The position numbers and the translations under genes were made by a program. From Octopus vulgaris (taxonomy: Eukaryota): 64,000 bases of DNA. Below, in pieces: positions 51,581 through 64,000 of this stretch. Under the pieces are notes generated by a model, which made no database searches, was not told the origin of the DNA, and saw nothing but the letters and a program-made list of their open reading frames with translations. The stretch is taken from the NCBI GenBank assembly GCA_951406725.2, contig OX597817.1:136338001-136402000 (forward strand). Direction: 5' to 3'. How positions within the stretch are numbered: the first letter of the stretch is position 1; each line of letters opens with the position of its first letter.

Positions 51581-51778
51581 AATGAGGTTTAAAATTTATG
51601 ACAGTTGTTTCAGTAGAATTTTGTTGATGTATTCATAGATTACATCTAAGCATAAAATCCACCATCTTTGGGTAAAATTTTAAATATGTATAAACACGTG
51701 AGATAATACCTTGATGATGTAATCTATGAATACATCAATATAATTCTGAAACATCTGTTGTAAATTTTAAACCCCACT
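51581..51778. repeat. Inverted repeat (~65-bp arms) with a hammerhead-like core
   Basis: 51581-51646 mirrors 51716-51778; TTGATGA...GAAAC-a(t/a)ct-GT(T/C). Confidence 0.6.
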
Positions 51779-51793
51779 TTTGTTCTTCTTTAT

Positions 51794-52245
51794 ATCATCA
51801 TCATCGTTTAGTGTCCGCTTTCCATGCTGGCATGGGTTGGACGGTGCAACTGGGGTCTGGGAAGCCAGAAGGCTGCACCAGGCTCAGTCTGATCTGGCAA
51901 TGTTTCTACGGCTGGATGCCCTTCCTAATGCCAACCACTCCATGAGTGTAGTGGGTGCTTTTTACGTGCCATCGGCACAGGTGCCAGACGAGGCTGGCAA
52001 ACGGCCACGGTCGGATGGTGCTTTTTACGTGCTACCGGCACAGAGGCGAGGTGAGGCTGGCAAACGGCCACGGTCGGATGGTGCTTTTTATGTGCCACCG
52101 GCACGGAGGCCAGGAAAGGCTGGCAATGGCCACAATCGGATGGAGCTTTTTACGTGCCACCGGCATGGAAGCCAGTCGGGGCGGTGCTGGCAATGGCCAC
52201 GTTCGGATGGTTCTCTTATGTGCCACCGGCACTGGTATCACAGCT
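51794..52245 (-). mobile_element. RTE-LINE 3'UTR copy with ~61-bp repeats
   Basis: Near reverse complement of 54290-54629. Confidence 0.9.
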
Positions 52246-52838
52246 ATATATATATATTCATATCTTATTACAAGACTAAAAATGAAATTTATGTAGCCAA
52301 AAACACACCATCATCATTTGCCATCAGTTTAACTCTGCTTTTCCAGACCTTCATGGGTGAGAAGGAATTTGTGGAGGCAGATTTCCTAAAGGAGATGCTT
52401 TTACTGTTATCAACCTTCACCTGTGCTCAGACATTTTCACGACAGATTGGAAATGAAGGCTACCTCTTGCATGATGACACTAACTTATGACTATTATGTG
52501 ATGTCAAGGCAAGGAGACATTAACATGCACTCATATACATACATGTGTGTATGTATGTGTGTGTATATATATGTGTGTGTGTGTATATATATAATACAAA
52601 TAAGAAAATGGAGAAACAAATTCAGTTTGTTTATCAACTTATGGATATTATAATGTTAGATTATTTATTCATTTTACAAATGAGAACATCAAAAGCATAC
52701 AAAATATTATATAAATCAATAGATAATATAATAATACAAATACAGATTTTAAAAGTCATATTATAAATTATTGAAATCCAGAAATTACTTCTTACAGCTG
52801 TTTCAGCCTAGGGTCAAAAGTGAATCCAATTAACATTG

Positions 52839-52900
<62 letters not shown>

Positions 52901-53050
52901 AATGTGAGGATAAAATTCTTTTCGAAAAAAATATTTTCTTGAAAACAATTTTATCAATGGCCAGCATATTAAAAAATACCTTTAACGGTTAAATTTATAT
53001 AATTCATAAATGAGGGCAAGGGAAAAAATTTCTAATGCCAAATATGCCGA

Positions 53051-53106
53051 AAAATTGGACATATTGTCCATTAACCATATGGTTAATGGACAATATGTCC
53101 AATTTT
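53051..53106. repeat. Perfect 56-bp palindrome; end of a repeat related to 25800-25880
   Basis: aaaattggacatattgtccattaaccat|atggttaatggacaatatgtccaatttt. Confidence 0.9.
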
Positions 53107-53122
53107 CAGCATTATATATATA

Positions 53123-54629
53123 TCAGGTGTGGAAACAAGGATTAGAATCGAAGGGCCTCAGAGTCAATCTAGCTAAAACCAAAGTCGTAATCAGTAGGAA
53201 GGTAGACAAATCACAAACGCCTTCAGGTAGATGGCCCTGCTCGATCTGTAGAAAAGGTGTAGGTAGAAACTCTATAAGATGCACCAAGTGTAAGCTATGG
53301 ACACATAAGAGGTGCAGCAATGTCAAAGGAAGGCTAACTAGGAAGATGGTTTTTGTATGTGGCAGATGCTCAGGAACAATAAACACTGAAAATGCTCTGA
53401 GACCAACTTCCGTCACTTTCCAGGGAGAAAAACTAGAAATAGTTGATAGTTTCCGTTACCTAGGTGACCAAGTCAGCAGCGGGGGCGGGTGTGCTGAAAG
53501 TGTAACTGCTAGAGTAAGAATAGCTTGGGCAAAGTTCAGAGAGCTCTTACCTCTGCTGGTGACAAAAGGCCTCTCGCACAGAGTGAAAGGCAGACTGTAT
53601 GATGCGTGTGTACGAACAGCCATGCTACATGGCAGTATAAAACATGGGCCGTGACTGCTGAGGATATGCGTAAGCTCGCAAGAAATGAAGCCAGTATGCT
53701 CCGATGGATGTGTAATGTCAGTGTTCATAATCGACAGAGTATAAGTACCTTGAGAGAAAAGCTGGACCTAAGAAGCATCAGTTGTGGTGTGCAAGAGAGA
53801 CGATTGCGCTGGTATGGTCATGTGGCGAGAATGGATGAAGATAGTTGTGTGAAAAAGTGCCACACCCTAGCGGTTGAGGGAACCTGTGGAAGAGGCAGAC
53901 CCAGGAAAACCTGGGACGAGGTGGTGAAGCACGACCTTCGAACTTTAGGTCTCACTGAGGAAATGACTAGAGACCGAGTCCTCTGGAAGTGTGCTGTGCG
54001 CGAGAAGACCCGGCAGGACAAGTGAGTCCATAACCCGTGGCCTTCTACTTGGGATGGAGCCAGCCTACGTATGCATACGTTCCCTTCTTGGGACACAAAA
54101 CTCTACTTGTGAAGACCTGTTGAGGCAAGTGAGGATCAGAATCGAAATCGATCAATGGAAATTGCAGATGTGTTACCAGTGCCGGTGGCTTGTCGAACCT
54201 CTACTTGTGAAGACCCGTTGAGGCAAGTGAGGATCAGAATGGAAATCGATCAATGGAAATTGCAGATGTGTTACCAGTGCCAGTGGCATGTAAGAGAACC
54301 TTCCGTTTCGCGACCGTTGCCAGCACCGCTCCGTTTCGTGTCCGTTGCCAGCCTCGCCTGGCCCTTGTGCCGGTGGCACATAAAAAGCACCATCCGTTCG
54401 TGGCCGTTTGCCAGCTCTGTCTGGCACCTGTGCGGGTGGCACGTAAAAAGCACCCACTACACTCACGGAGTGGTTGGCGTTAGGAAGGGCATCCAGCCGT
54501 AGAAACACTGCCAGATTTGACTGGGCCTGATGAAGCCTTCTGGCTTCACAGACCCCAGTAGAACCGTCCAACCCATGCTAGCATGGAAAACGGACGCTAA
54601 ACGACGATGATGATGATGATGATGATGAT
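53123..54629 (+). mobile_element. 5'-truncated RTE-clade LINE: RT C-terminus (53123-54025, one frameshift at ~53635) plus 3'UTR and (GAT)n tail
   Basis: GLRVNLAKTK, FRYLG, LHGS(E)TW, RLRWYGHVARM and GRGRPRKTW motifs, with a PHD-like C4HC3 insert. Confidence 0.95.
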
Positions 54630-55683
54630 ACATAGTGGGATTCTTTCAGTTTTGATCAAACTAGGGCTATTGTAGAAGATACTTGCCCAAGGTGTTATGC
54701 AGTGGGATTGAGACTGGAACCATGTGGCTGGGAAGCAAACTTCTTAACCACACAGACATGTCTTTGCTTTTGGTAACAAAAATTATATTTATTAATTGAA
54801 ATTCATCATCATCATGATGATTTTGACATCTGTATTCCATGCTAGTATGAATTGGATGGTTTGACAAGGAACCAATGAGTCAAGAACTATATTGTGTTGC
54901 AGTGTCTGCTTTGGCATGGTTTCTACAGCTGGATGCCCTTCCTAATGCCAACCACTTTACAACATTTGCTGGGTGCTTTTTTATGTGGCACCAGCACTAT
55001 TGAGGTTACCATGTAGCTAACAAGTTAACAAACCCAGAGAGGGAAGATGCTGCCACTGTATGTTAGCAGGGGTTGGGGGTAAGATAAGTGGGAAGAGGTT
55101 GGGACAGAGCAGGGTCTTGTTGTAGAGGAGCTACAGGGCTACTCACATTTAGGGAAGAGAATGAGAATGAGTTAGAGACATCCCCAAAGAGACAGACAAT
55201 CGTAATGAAGTGTCCAGGGGGCACCTCAGGTTGTAGGAGCAGAAGTAGGTGGGGGGATAGGCATGGAGGCGAGGGGAGATAGGGAAAGTGAGAGGAAACA
55301 TCTGTAAGGATTGAGGGGAGGTGTATGAGTTGGGAGGCCACAGGGATACTAGTAGTATGGTAGTAAAGATACAATTATGAGGGGAAGAAGGATCAACTTT
55401 GGCTGCTATTTCTGATAGGTTGAATACCTGCTTAGAAGTCTTCAACAATGGAATGAATACACATCCAATTTGTAGATTGGACAATTACAAGTCAAATGGT
55501 TTTATAAGGGACAGTTCTACAGTTACTTGTTGTTGCTATGGGAACTCCAGAAATGTGCATTTCAAAGTTTTATTTCAAACTAATAAATATATTAGCTGGA
55601 TGAATCATCTCCGACATTGAACTTTAATCTAGAGCTGAGACAGCATTTACTGACAACTCACAAATATAAAGAGTGGTTTATAA

Positions 55684-55946
55684 TACAGTTCTATATTTGA
55701 GAGATGAGGAATTATGTACATTATTTACATTTGACGGATATTTGTCCTCATCTTGTTTGTTGTTAACACAACATTTCGGCTGATATACCCTCCAGCCTTC
55801 ATCAGGTGTCTTGGGGAAATTTCGAACTTGGGTTCTCGTTCCTAACATATTTTTCAATGCTATTATTATTATTATTTAGGTCACTGCCTGGAATCGAACT
55901 CGGAATCTTGGGGTCAGTAGCCCGCACTCTTTACCACTACGCCATA
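55684..55946 (-). mobile_element. Complete monomer of the tRNA-headed hammerhead SINE-like element
   Basis: Head tggcgtagtgg (A box)...gagttcgattcc (B box), an (AAT)n linker, and a hammerhead at 55765-55810. Confidence 0.8.
55765..55810 (-). ncRNA. Minimal type I hammerhead ribozyme motif
   Basis: gacac-CTGATGA-a-ggctg...cagcc-GAAAT-GTT-gtgtt. Confidence 0.6.
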
Positions 55947-58900
55947 TAATAGTAAGATAATCGCAAGTGTTATGGTCTGGGAAAATAAGCTAGAAATCTC
56001 TCACTTGCCATTCTCAAAGATGTCCTCCATAGAATCAGCTCACTTTAGGTTTCAAACTTATCAACAGAATTTACAGATAAGTTTGAAATGTGACAGATCA
56101 TTACAGACCATACATTGGCATGCAAGGTCACTCTGGCACCATGTAGATATATTTCTCTACTAGAGCATGTGTTTGTGTGACTGCCTGATAGTCGTAGCAC
56201 AATAGCAGCTGAGTATAGACATAAGTAGAACCAAACGAATCACAGAAGCTTTCAGATTAATGAATCAAAGTAGTTAAAACAGTGTAGGATCTACTCTGTA
56301 CCTGTTGCAATTAGGTGATAAGTAGAAAGATGAGAAATTATTGTTAGTTGAAACTAGAAGTGGGGTTGCAAATGTGAAGAAATGTACAGCCAGCTGTCAC
56401 ACACGTGTGTGTATGACTTGGTCAAAATGCTGCATGCTTTCGGAGGAGCCAATGTAGTTTTGAGTCGACAGTCACCCTGTCAACCCTCACCCATGACCCC
56501 AGTGGAACATTGACCATGTGACAGTAGGAGGAGAGAGGGTAATCCGAGGACGTATGGCTGGTGCTCATTATAGCTGAGTAAACTGGAAGGATGTGAAATG
56601 AAGTGCAAGGACACAAAGAGACGCTTGCTCCGGGGAACCAAAACTATGTTCTTCAGATTGTGAACCGAATACCAGGCTACATGCCTTTATATGGAAATGG
56701 AGAACTTTTCAATAACAATGAGGAGTAATCCCCAAAGAATGAAAGTGAAATTCTTTAATTCCATTGTAAATATTGAGAAAAACAATTTGAATTTAATTAC
56801 ATCGTTAGTCTGTGATAAGTTGTATTAAACTTGATATTTCCACATTAGACACATGCAATTTCCTGTTTTGAAAACAGTGAAAAATGGGCCATTCTGCAAG
56901 AAGACCAGAGTAAACAAAGTCAGCCTGGGATCCACAATGTAGCAAAGTAGACACAGAAGCATGTCAGTCAAACCATCACGACACTCATAAGATGGGTTCT
57001 TAGTGATGATATATGTAAAAACGTGCAATAAAATATTCAGTGTCCAGAGGTGAGACACATTTCAAGTACACACACACACAACTGGCAGCATGGAAAATAG
57101 ATGTTGATGACAATGATGATGATGATTCACACACTCATTCACAAAACCCTAAAGACACTACTATGAAACATTACTTGTCACTCTCTTATCCATCTTAGAT
57201 TATATATATATATTACTACCAAATTTTTTTTAAATATACCAATCACCATAGCCATTGCCTACTGTATGTACATGTGTGTGTGTGGGTGGAGTAGTAGTAG
57301 AAATATAAAAGAAAAGAAACAGTGCACCAGTGGTTGAAAGACTAGAAGACTAGAGCATGTCTGTGTGTGTGTGTGTGAATGACTTTATGTCAATTAATCA
57401 GGTGGCTTTTTTTCAGGTAGCGCTCTAAGATATCTGCATAGATATCAGCAGTAGTATGTTTGATATATGAGTATGACCCCGTAGTGGGTCTTCTTGTATC
57501 ACTTCAGTTACCTCAGTCCAAAGACAGAAACACTGTGCATATACAATGAAACCCTGAAAGACTCAGTGTGTGGGTGTAGGTGTGTATTTTAAAACCAAAA
57601 TGAGATTCCCCAATTAAATCATTATGCTACCCCTATACTTTTCTTTTTTATTGTAGCTAACTGTAGTGTTACCAAGTGACATTTTCAGTTACAACTATCA
57701 TCCTCATTTTCTGTATGCTTACCATGCTGGCATGGGTTGGACAGTTTGTCACAGAATTTGCAAAATGTTATCTGGAGTAAGTCGTCTCCAAGATGGACTG
57801 GAAAACGTCTCACTCCTGTTCTGTTGTTGAGCAAAGTGACAAATAGGGTGACGACAAGATGAGTTAGAATGACAGGGTTAACTAGGGTGAGATATGTGTG
57901 TGTGTGTTTGTACAAATAAATATGCACTACAAACATGGTTGCACAAAACTAGAAATAGATTTTAAACAATCATATTTACATCCACAAAAGAGATAAGAAG
58001 AGTTTAAAAGCAACAGCAGAATAAATTCCACAACAACAAAAGAATTAGGAAAGATTTCAAAAATATTATTGACTTAAACCATAATCTTTGTGGCAGAATG
58101 TACCATTTTCTGCTGCTAATTAAATATTGTTGAAATAAAAACAAAGAAATACTATCTTGAAAGGAGAGACTTCTTTCATTTATTTTCCTCTCTGTTTCAA
58201 TTTAAATTCTCACTGCGACAATAAAACAACTACAACAAATGAAGACTCTGTCACTAAGGGAAATCAATAAAAAAAAAGAATATGGGATTTTTGTTTTTTA
58301 TCCACCTGAACAGGTGCACAGAATAGTTGCTCTGCTGACAGAACAAACATGATGTTTCGCAAAAAAAAAAAAAGTTCCATTTTTGATGAATCATTTAATA
58401 AGAACAAAGAAAGTAAATATTATCAGAAAATGACATAAAAGGATGTTAAATTTTAAAAACTGTAAAAGATAAACCGATGATATAATGAATTATCTAATGT
58501 CTGAAAATGATACCTGTTTGTGTGTGTGTAAGAACATTTTGCTATAAAGAGAATAAAGTTTATATTCAGGATAACAATCTAGAACGTTCTTGGCAGAAAG
58601 ATAAGAAGTAAACAGATGAAGGGATGCGAATCAAGAAATAAGTTTACACTCACATTTTTTGTGCTCTCGCATTATTTAGTTGGTTCACAATATTTTTAAT
58701 ATTTGCATAAATTATTGTAGTAAGTACTTTTGTGTGATCACCTTTCTGTCCTTTGCAAACCAGTGAAATCATAAATGGGAATCTGTTATTCCAGGTTTAA
58801 TAAGGCAGAGTAAGTGCTCTGTGTTAGGGTTAAAAGGATATATCCACCTGGTGGTATTGGCCAAATTATAATGAGTTCAATGTTAGATGGACTTTCGTGC

Positions 58901-59260
58901 ACCATTTGTCATAAGCAGCTCAAATTAGAACCCAATAAATATGGTGAATGGAGACAACTTTGGATTATTTATCTGAGACTTATTTTTGTTTTATTTCAAT
59001 AACTCCACAAGAAGAGTTAAACTCATAAATGAAGATTAACAGAAAACTTGTAAGCTATTCAGATTTTTCAATGCTTAGTTTTTCTTCTTATGGGTAGTTC
59101 TTATTTACAGCAGAGTGGACTGAGCCAATGAAGCATAAATGTAGAATGCTACAAAACGTAATATTTTCATCAGCATTAATGTTTCAACAAAGCTTTCTAT
59201 CCAGCCCCTCAAACAGGATTTCGACAGTCACCTGATCATTCAATATTTGTTTGCCTACAA

Positions 59261-59662
59261 GGGCCGCAAGCTGGCAGAAACATTTTACTTTCTGAGTTCA
59301 AATTCTGCCAAGGTCAACTTTGCCTTTCATCCTTTCAAGGTTGATAAATTAAGTATCAGTTGCATACTGGGTTGATCTAATTGACTGGCCCCCACCTCTC
59401 CAAAAAATTTTGGGCCTTGTGCCTAGAGTAGAAAAGAATATTTGTATGCCTACAAGGGCAGAAAACTGGCAGAATCGTTAGCACGCTGGGCAAAATGCTT
59501 AGCAGTATTTTGTCTGTCTTTACGTTCTGTGTTCAAATTTCGCTGAGGTTGACTTTGCCTTTCGGGGTCGATAAATTAAGTACTAGTTGCATACTGGGGT
59601 CAATCTAATCGACTGGCCCCCTTCCCCCAAAAATTTTTGGCCTTGTGACTAGAGCAGAAAAG
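59261..59662 (+). mobile_element. Two tandem Meta/Nin-like SINEs sharing a triplicated target site
   Basis: aata(t/c)ttgt(t/a)tgcctacaa at 59242, 59437 and 59663. Confidence 0.9.
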
Positions 59663-59994
59663 AATACTTGTATGCCTACAAATTTTTCTTCCACTATTTT
59701 TTTCTGGTCTTCCTCAGCTTTAGACCCATACTAAGGACAGTGCATGGGACTGTTTCCCTAAAATGTTTTAGTCCTTACATAAGCTTCTCAGCTGTAACAT
59801 CGCTCCTGCGTGTCTACATTGGTTGATGCTTTTTAATGCCAAGATACTAACTCCATATCAGCATGGACAGCTGTGACTTTAGTAGAATATATATAATTAA
59901 TAAATCAACAGGATATAATTTTAAACCTTGACCTATGGAAATGGTTTTATTTCAAATTGAAAGTATTATATTAAGAATTAACTGTGTTAATTCA

Positions 59995-60290
59995 TGGTAT
60001 CAACCAGACTATCGGATGTTGTTATACACTGCTGGTCACAATGTGCTTTGCATTGTTTTAGCTTTAGGATGATGCCACCCCACTGGCTAGGTGAGCAGAC
60101 TAACATTCCCCCTCCCCTGATCAGAGGACTATTTTGTCACAGGGTGGACCCAGTTACAGCTGAGTGGACTGAAACAACATGGAATGAAGGTGTTTTGCTC
60201 AAGAACACAACACACCACCTGGTCTGGGAATTGAACCCATGATTAGTGATCATGGGTGCGATGACCTAACCACTAGGCCATGTGCCTTCA
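59995..60290 (-). mobile_element. V-SINE-like element
   Basis: Minus-strand A box tggcctagtgg, B box ggttcaattcc and cttgagcaaaacacc. Confidence 0.7.
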
Positions 60291-60944
60291 CTAATTGCAT
60301 TAATTAGCTGTAATAAATTAGGGTGTAAAGCTTCCGATCAGTAGATATCTTTCAAATAGTTTTCTATGGATGCAACTATATTAAAACTGAATTTGCTGTT
60401 TACAAAAAAGCTGAATAGAACATATTTACTAGAAACATTATTGAGGATTCACTAAAAAAAATTGATATCAACTGCATTAGTCTATGTTTGCTTTCCATGC
60501 TGGCATGGGTCAGATTATATGTGATTCAGATTAGAAAAGTGAGAAGAAAATAAGGAAGATGAATATCAATTAAACTAAAGAATTTGAGAAAAGAGAACTG
60601 GAATGAACATACACTCACAAATATTCAAGGGGAAAAAAATGAACCAGACAGAAGAACCAACGGAATGGTCTCAAATTTTGGCACAAAACTAGCAATTTTA
60701 GGGAGAGGATAAGTCAATTGCACTAACCCCAATCATCCGCTCCCAGAGCTGGGCTGCTACTTATTTTATTGATTCCAAAAGGATAAAGGGCAAAGTTGAC
60801 CCTGGTGGCATTTGAACTCAGAAGGCAGAAATGGATGAAATGCTGTGAAGCATTTGTCCAGTTTGCTAACGGTTCTGCCAGCTTGCCATCTTACAAACGA
60901 ACAAATATATTAAAATGCAGCATTATACATGCATTAAAGTACCC

Positions 60945-61418
60945 TGGATCCCAGAACGTCCCGCTGTGCTTGAGGAGACCTGTTGAGTCAAGTATATGAA
61001 CATGAACATCGAAATAAATATCAATAGAAAAAGTAGTTGTGATACCTGTGCCGGTGGCACATAAAAAGCACCATCCAAATGTGGCTGATGCCAGCGCTGC
61101 CCCGACTGGCTTCTGTGCCAGTGGCACATAAAAAGCACCATCCGAACGTGGCCATTGCCAGCGCTGCCTTGGCTAGCTTCCGTGCCGGTGGCACGTTAAA
61201 AGCTCCAACCGATCGTGGCCGATGCCGGACCCCACTAGCACCTGTGCAGGTGGCACGTAAAAAGCACCCACTACACTCGCGGAGTTAGAAAGGGCATCCA
61301 GCAGTAGAAACTCTGCCAGATCAGACTGGAGCAGCCCCTGGCTTCCCAGACCCCGGTCGAACCGTCCAACCTGTGCTAGCGCGGAAAACGGACGTTAAAC
61401 GATGATGATGATGATGAT
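60945..61418 (+). mobile_element. RTE-LINE 3'UTR copy
   Basis: gtgccggtggcac repeats and (GAT)n tail. Confidence 0.85.
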
Positions 61419-61612
61419 AGACAAATACTTAAAACACAATTAAATGGGGGAAAAGGTGGCACATAAAAAGCACCATCCGAATATGGTCTGACTGGCTCCT
61501 GGGTCAGTAGCATGTAAAAACCACCATCCGAATGTGGTCGGTGTCAGCCACTCCAACCCCGACTCTTAAAAGTATCTAAAGTCAGACTACAGCAGTATCT
61601 TGTTAAGAATAT

Positions 61613-62005
61613 ATATTCTTTTATTTGTTTCAGTCATTTGACTGTGGCCATGCTGGAGCACCGCCTTTAGTTGAAGAAACTGACCGCACAGCTTATTCTT
61701 TGTAAGCCTAGTACTTATTCTATCGATCTCTTTTGTTGAACTGCTAGGTTACAGGGACGTAAACACAACACAATCGGTTGTCAAGCGATGTTGGGGGGAC
61801 AAACACAGACATACACACACACATATACATACATATATGTGTGTGTGTGCGTGTGTATATATATATACGACGGGCTTCTTTCAGTTTATGTCTAACAAAT
61901 CCACTCACAAAGCTTTGGTCGGCTTGTGGCTATTGTACTGTAAGGTGCCATGCAGTAGGACTGAACCCGGAAGCATGTGGTTGTTAAGCAAGCTACTTAC
62001 CACAT
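61613..62005 (-). mobile_element. CORE-like SINE
   Basis: Homologous to 22972-23355. Confidence 0.85.
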
Positions 62006-62639
62006 GAACCAAAAAAACAAACAAATACTAATAACTAGACATCACAAACAAAAGAAAGAAAACTGTGTTCTGTTTTGAAAGAAACGAAGAAATAATAGAA
62101 ACCAGAGACTTTGAAGTGACTGACAGTATGAAGCAGAATGATAAATCTCATGGAAAAGTTTGAAAGCTAAAATTAGAGTACCATGCTAAAATGATGGTGA
62201 GAAAAATCCCAAGTTTTTAATTAAAAAAGACTTGAATGGGGTTGATACAGACAAAGACAGTTTGCAATTCTCGGTTGTGGAATGCATGGCTAAAAACAAG
62301 GATTCTTGCTTGTAAGACAGAATAAAAACATTTGCACAGAAACCACCAAAATCCTGTAATGCAGCAGAATACAGTGAGAATGTGAAGAATATGGAGATTT
62401 ACAGAAGAAACGACGACATGCATAGTTTCTCACTCTTATCCAAGAATAGGTAGAAATTGCAGGTACGACAGGGTTGGGATTTATAGTCCCAGGCTGGTTT
62501 TAACATACACCAGGAAAAGTAAAATTCTGAGAGGCTGACAAAGCTACCATATCCTGGAGTATGTCAATAGACCTGTTACTTGTGGCAATGGAAAGCAGGA
62601 AAAGACATGCTTATTCACCAAAGTATCAATTCCAACAGA

Positions 62640-62922
62640 TCATCATCATCATCGTTTAATGTCAGCTTTCCATGTTAGCATGGGTTGGACGATTTGACTG
62701 AGGTCTGGCGAACCAGATGGCTGCACCAGACTCCAATCTGATCTGGCAGAGTTTCTACAGCTGGATGCTCTTCCTAACGCCAACCACTTCGAGAGTGTAG
62801 TGGATGCTTTTATGTGCCACCAGCATGAGGGCCAGTCAGGCGGTACTGGCAATGGCCACGCTCAAGTGCTGCTTTTTATGTGCCACCTGCACAGGAGCCA
62901 GTCCAGTAGCACTGGCAACGAC
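62640..62922 (-). mobile_element. RTE-LINE 3'UTR copy
   Basis: (CAT)n tail plus family core. Confidence 0.85.
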
Positions 62923-63207
62923 CTAAATGAGAATTTATTTGGAATGAGACCTAACCAAAATGTGTGAGCTGAAAAGAGAAACAATCCCAATTAAAAAACA
63001 TTCAGGAATGATAAAAAGCATTTTCATTACCTTAATAACAACAACAATAACATTTATCAAGTGGTAAAGATCTGAAATTAGAGATAACCTGAATATAGAG
63101 GTTAAAACTCTCCCGATAACAAAAGGTACTCTGAGAATAATGCGCACATACACACAAAAAAAGACAAATACACAACCTAAGGTCTATGACTCACAAATAT
63201 ACACAAC

Positions 63208-63570
63208 TAGGTGCAGGTGTGACTGTGTGGCAAAAAGACTGCTTCCCAACCACATGGTTCTGTGTTCAGCCCCACTGCGTGGCACCTTGGACAAGTGTCT
63301 TCTACAACAGCTTTGGGCCAACTAAAACATTGTGAGTAGATTTGGTAGATAGAAACTGAAAGAAGCCTGTACACATGCACACACACACACGTTTGTGTTT
63401 ATCCCCCACCACAGTTTGACAACTGTTGTCAAACTGTGTTTACGTCCCAGTAACTTAGTAGTTTGGTTTAAAAAGAAAACAATAAGTCCTGAGGTCAATT
63501 CATTCAGCTAAAAATTCTTCAAGGCAGTGCCCCAGCATGGCCAAAGTCTAATGACTGAAACAAGTAAAAG
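63208..63570 (+). mobile_element. Full-length CORE-like SINE
   Basis: tgactgtgtgg A box, gttcagccc B box, ccttggacaag core and family tail. Confidence 0.85.
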
Positions 63571-63794
63571 ATACTATTTCATTGCATTCAGATCAGTTGT
63601 GAAACCAAATAATCTAAATCGAAAGTCAAATAAATGAGAATGAACAAAAGCTTTATTGTAATACATTGATTTCAAATTTTGGCACAAGGCCAGCAATTTG
63701 GGGGAAGGAATTTGATTACATTGACTCCAGTGTTTAACTGGTACTTATTTTATCAACCCTGAAAGGGATGAAAGATAAAGTCAACTTTTATAGT

Positions 63795-64000
63795 AATGGC
63801 ATGTATAAAGCACCATATGAATGTGGTTGATGCTAGGTCTGACTGACTGGCTCCTGTGCCGATGGCATGTATAAAGCATCATCTGTGGTCAATGCCAAGT
63901 CCACCTGACTGTCTTCATGCCGGTGGCACGTATAAAGCACCATCCAAACGTGGTTAATGCCAGATCTACCTAACATGTTCCTGTGCCAGTGGCACATAAA
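63795..64000 (+). mobile_element. RTE 3'UTR ~60-bp repeat array (runs off the window)
   Basis: Repeated tggca(c/t)gtataaagcaccat. Confidence 0.75.

Noticed and set aside
51780-52490. 236-aa ORF and similar CHRHR/VPPA ORFs
   Set aside because: They are antisense readings of the stop-poor RTE 3'UTR that recur in every copy.
53010-53122. N-terminus of the 214-aa ORF as part of the LINE protein
   Set aside because: It derives from the adjacent palindromic repeat; LINE homology starts only at ~53123.
55879-55946. tRNA gene
   Set aside because: There is no convincing acceptor stem, and it is attached to the same downstream body at 10059-10200, so it is a SINE head.

Overview
AT-rich, repeat-saturated eukaryotic DNA. 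It is most likely an octopus (coleoid cephalopod) intronic or intergenic region; this is inferred from the repeat families and not confirmed by a search. The window holds no intact long protein-coding gene, no rRNA and no CRISPR array. Most listed ORFs are artefacts of repeats. The repeats are: about 25 5'-truncated RTE-LINE 3' ends with (GAT)n tails, one of which keeps the RT C-terminus and a PHD-like finger; three tRNA-derived SINE families; decayed DD34D and DD37D mariners and a mariner fold-back MITE; TTAA-type MITEs; Penelope-like (PLE) relics; and many microsatellites. Four observations stand out. (1) A tRNA-headed SINE-like element carries a minimal type I hammerhead ribozyme and inserts in PLE-style inverted arrangements. 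(2) Several other fold-back elements carry hammerhead cores, including the U3-A8 compensated variant. (3) A series of tentative short minus-strand exons may belong to a large host gene. (4) A roughly 1.2 kb inversion splits one mariner. Boundaries of decayed repeats are approximate.
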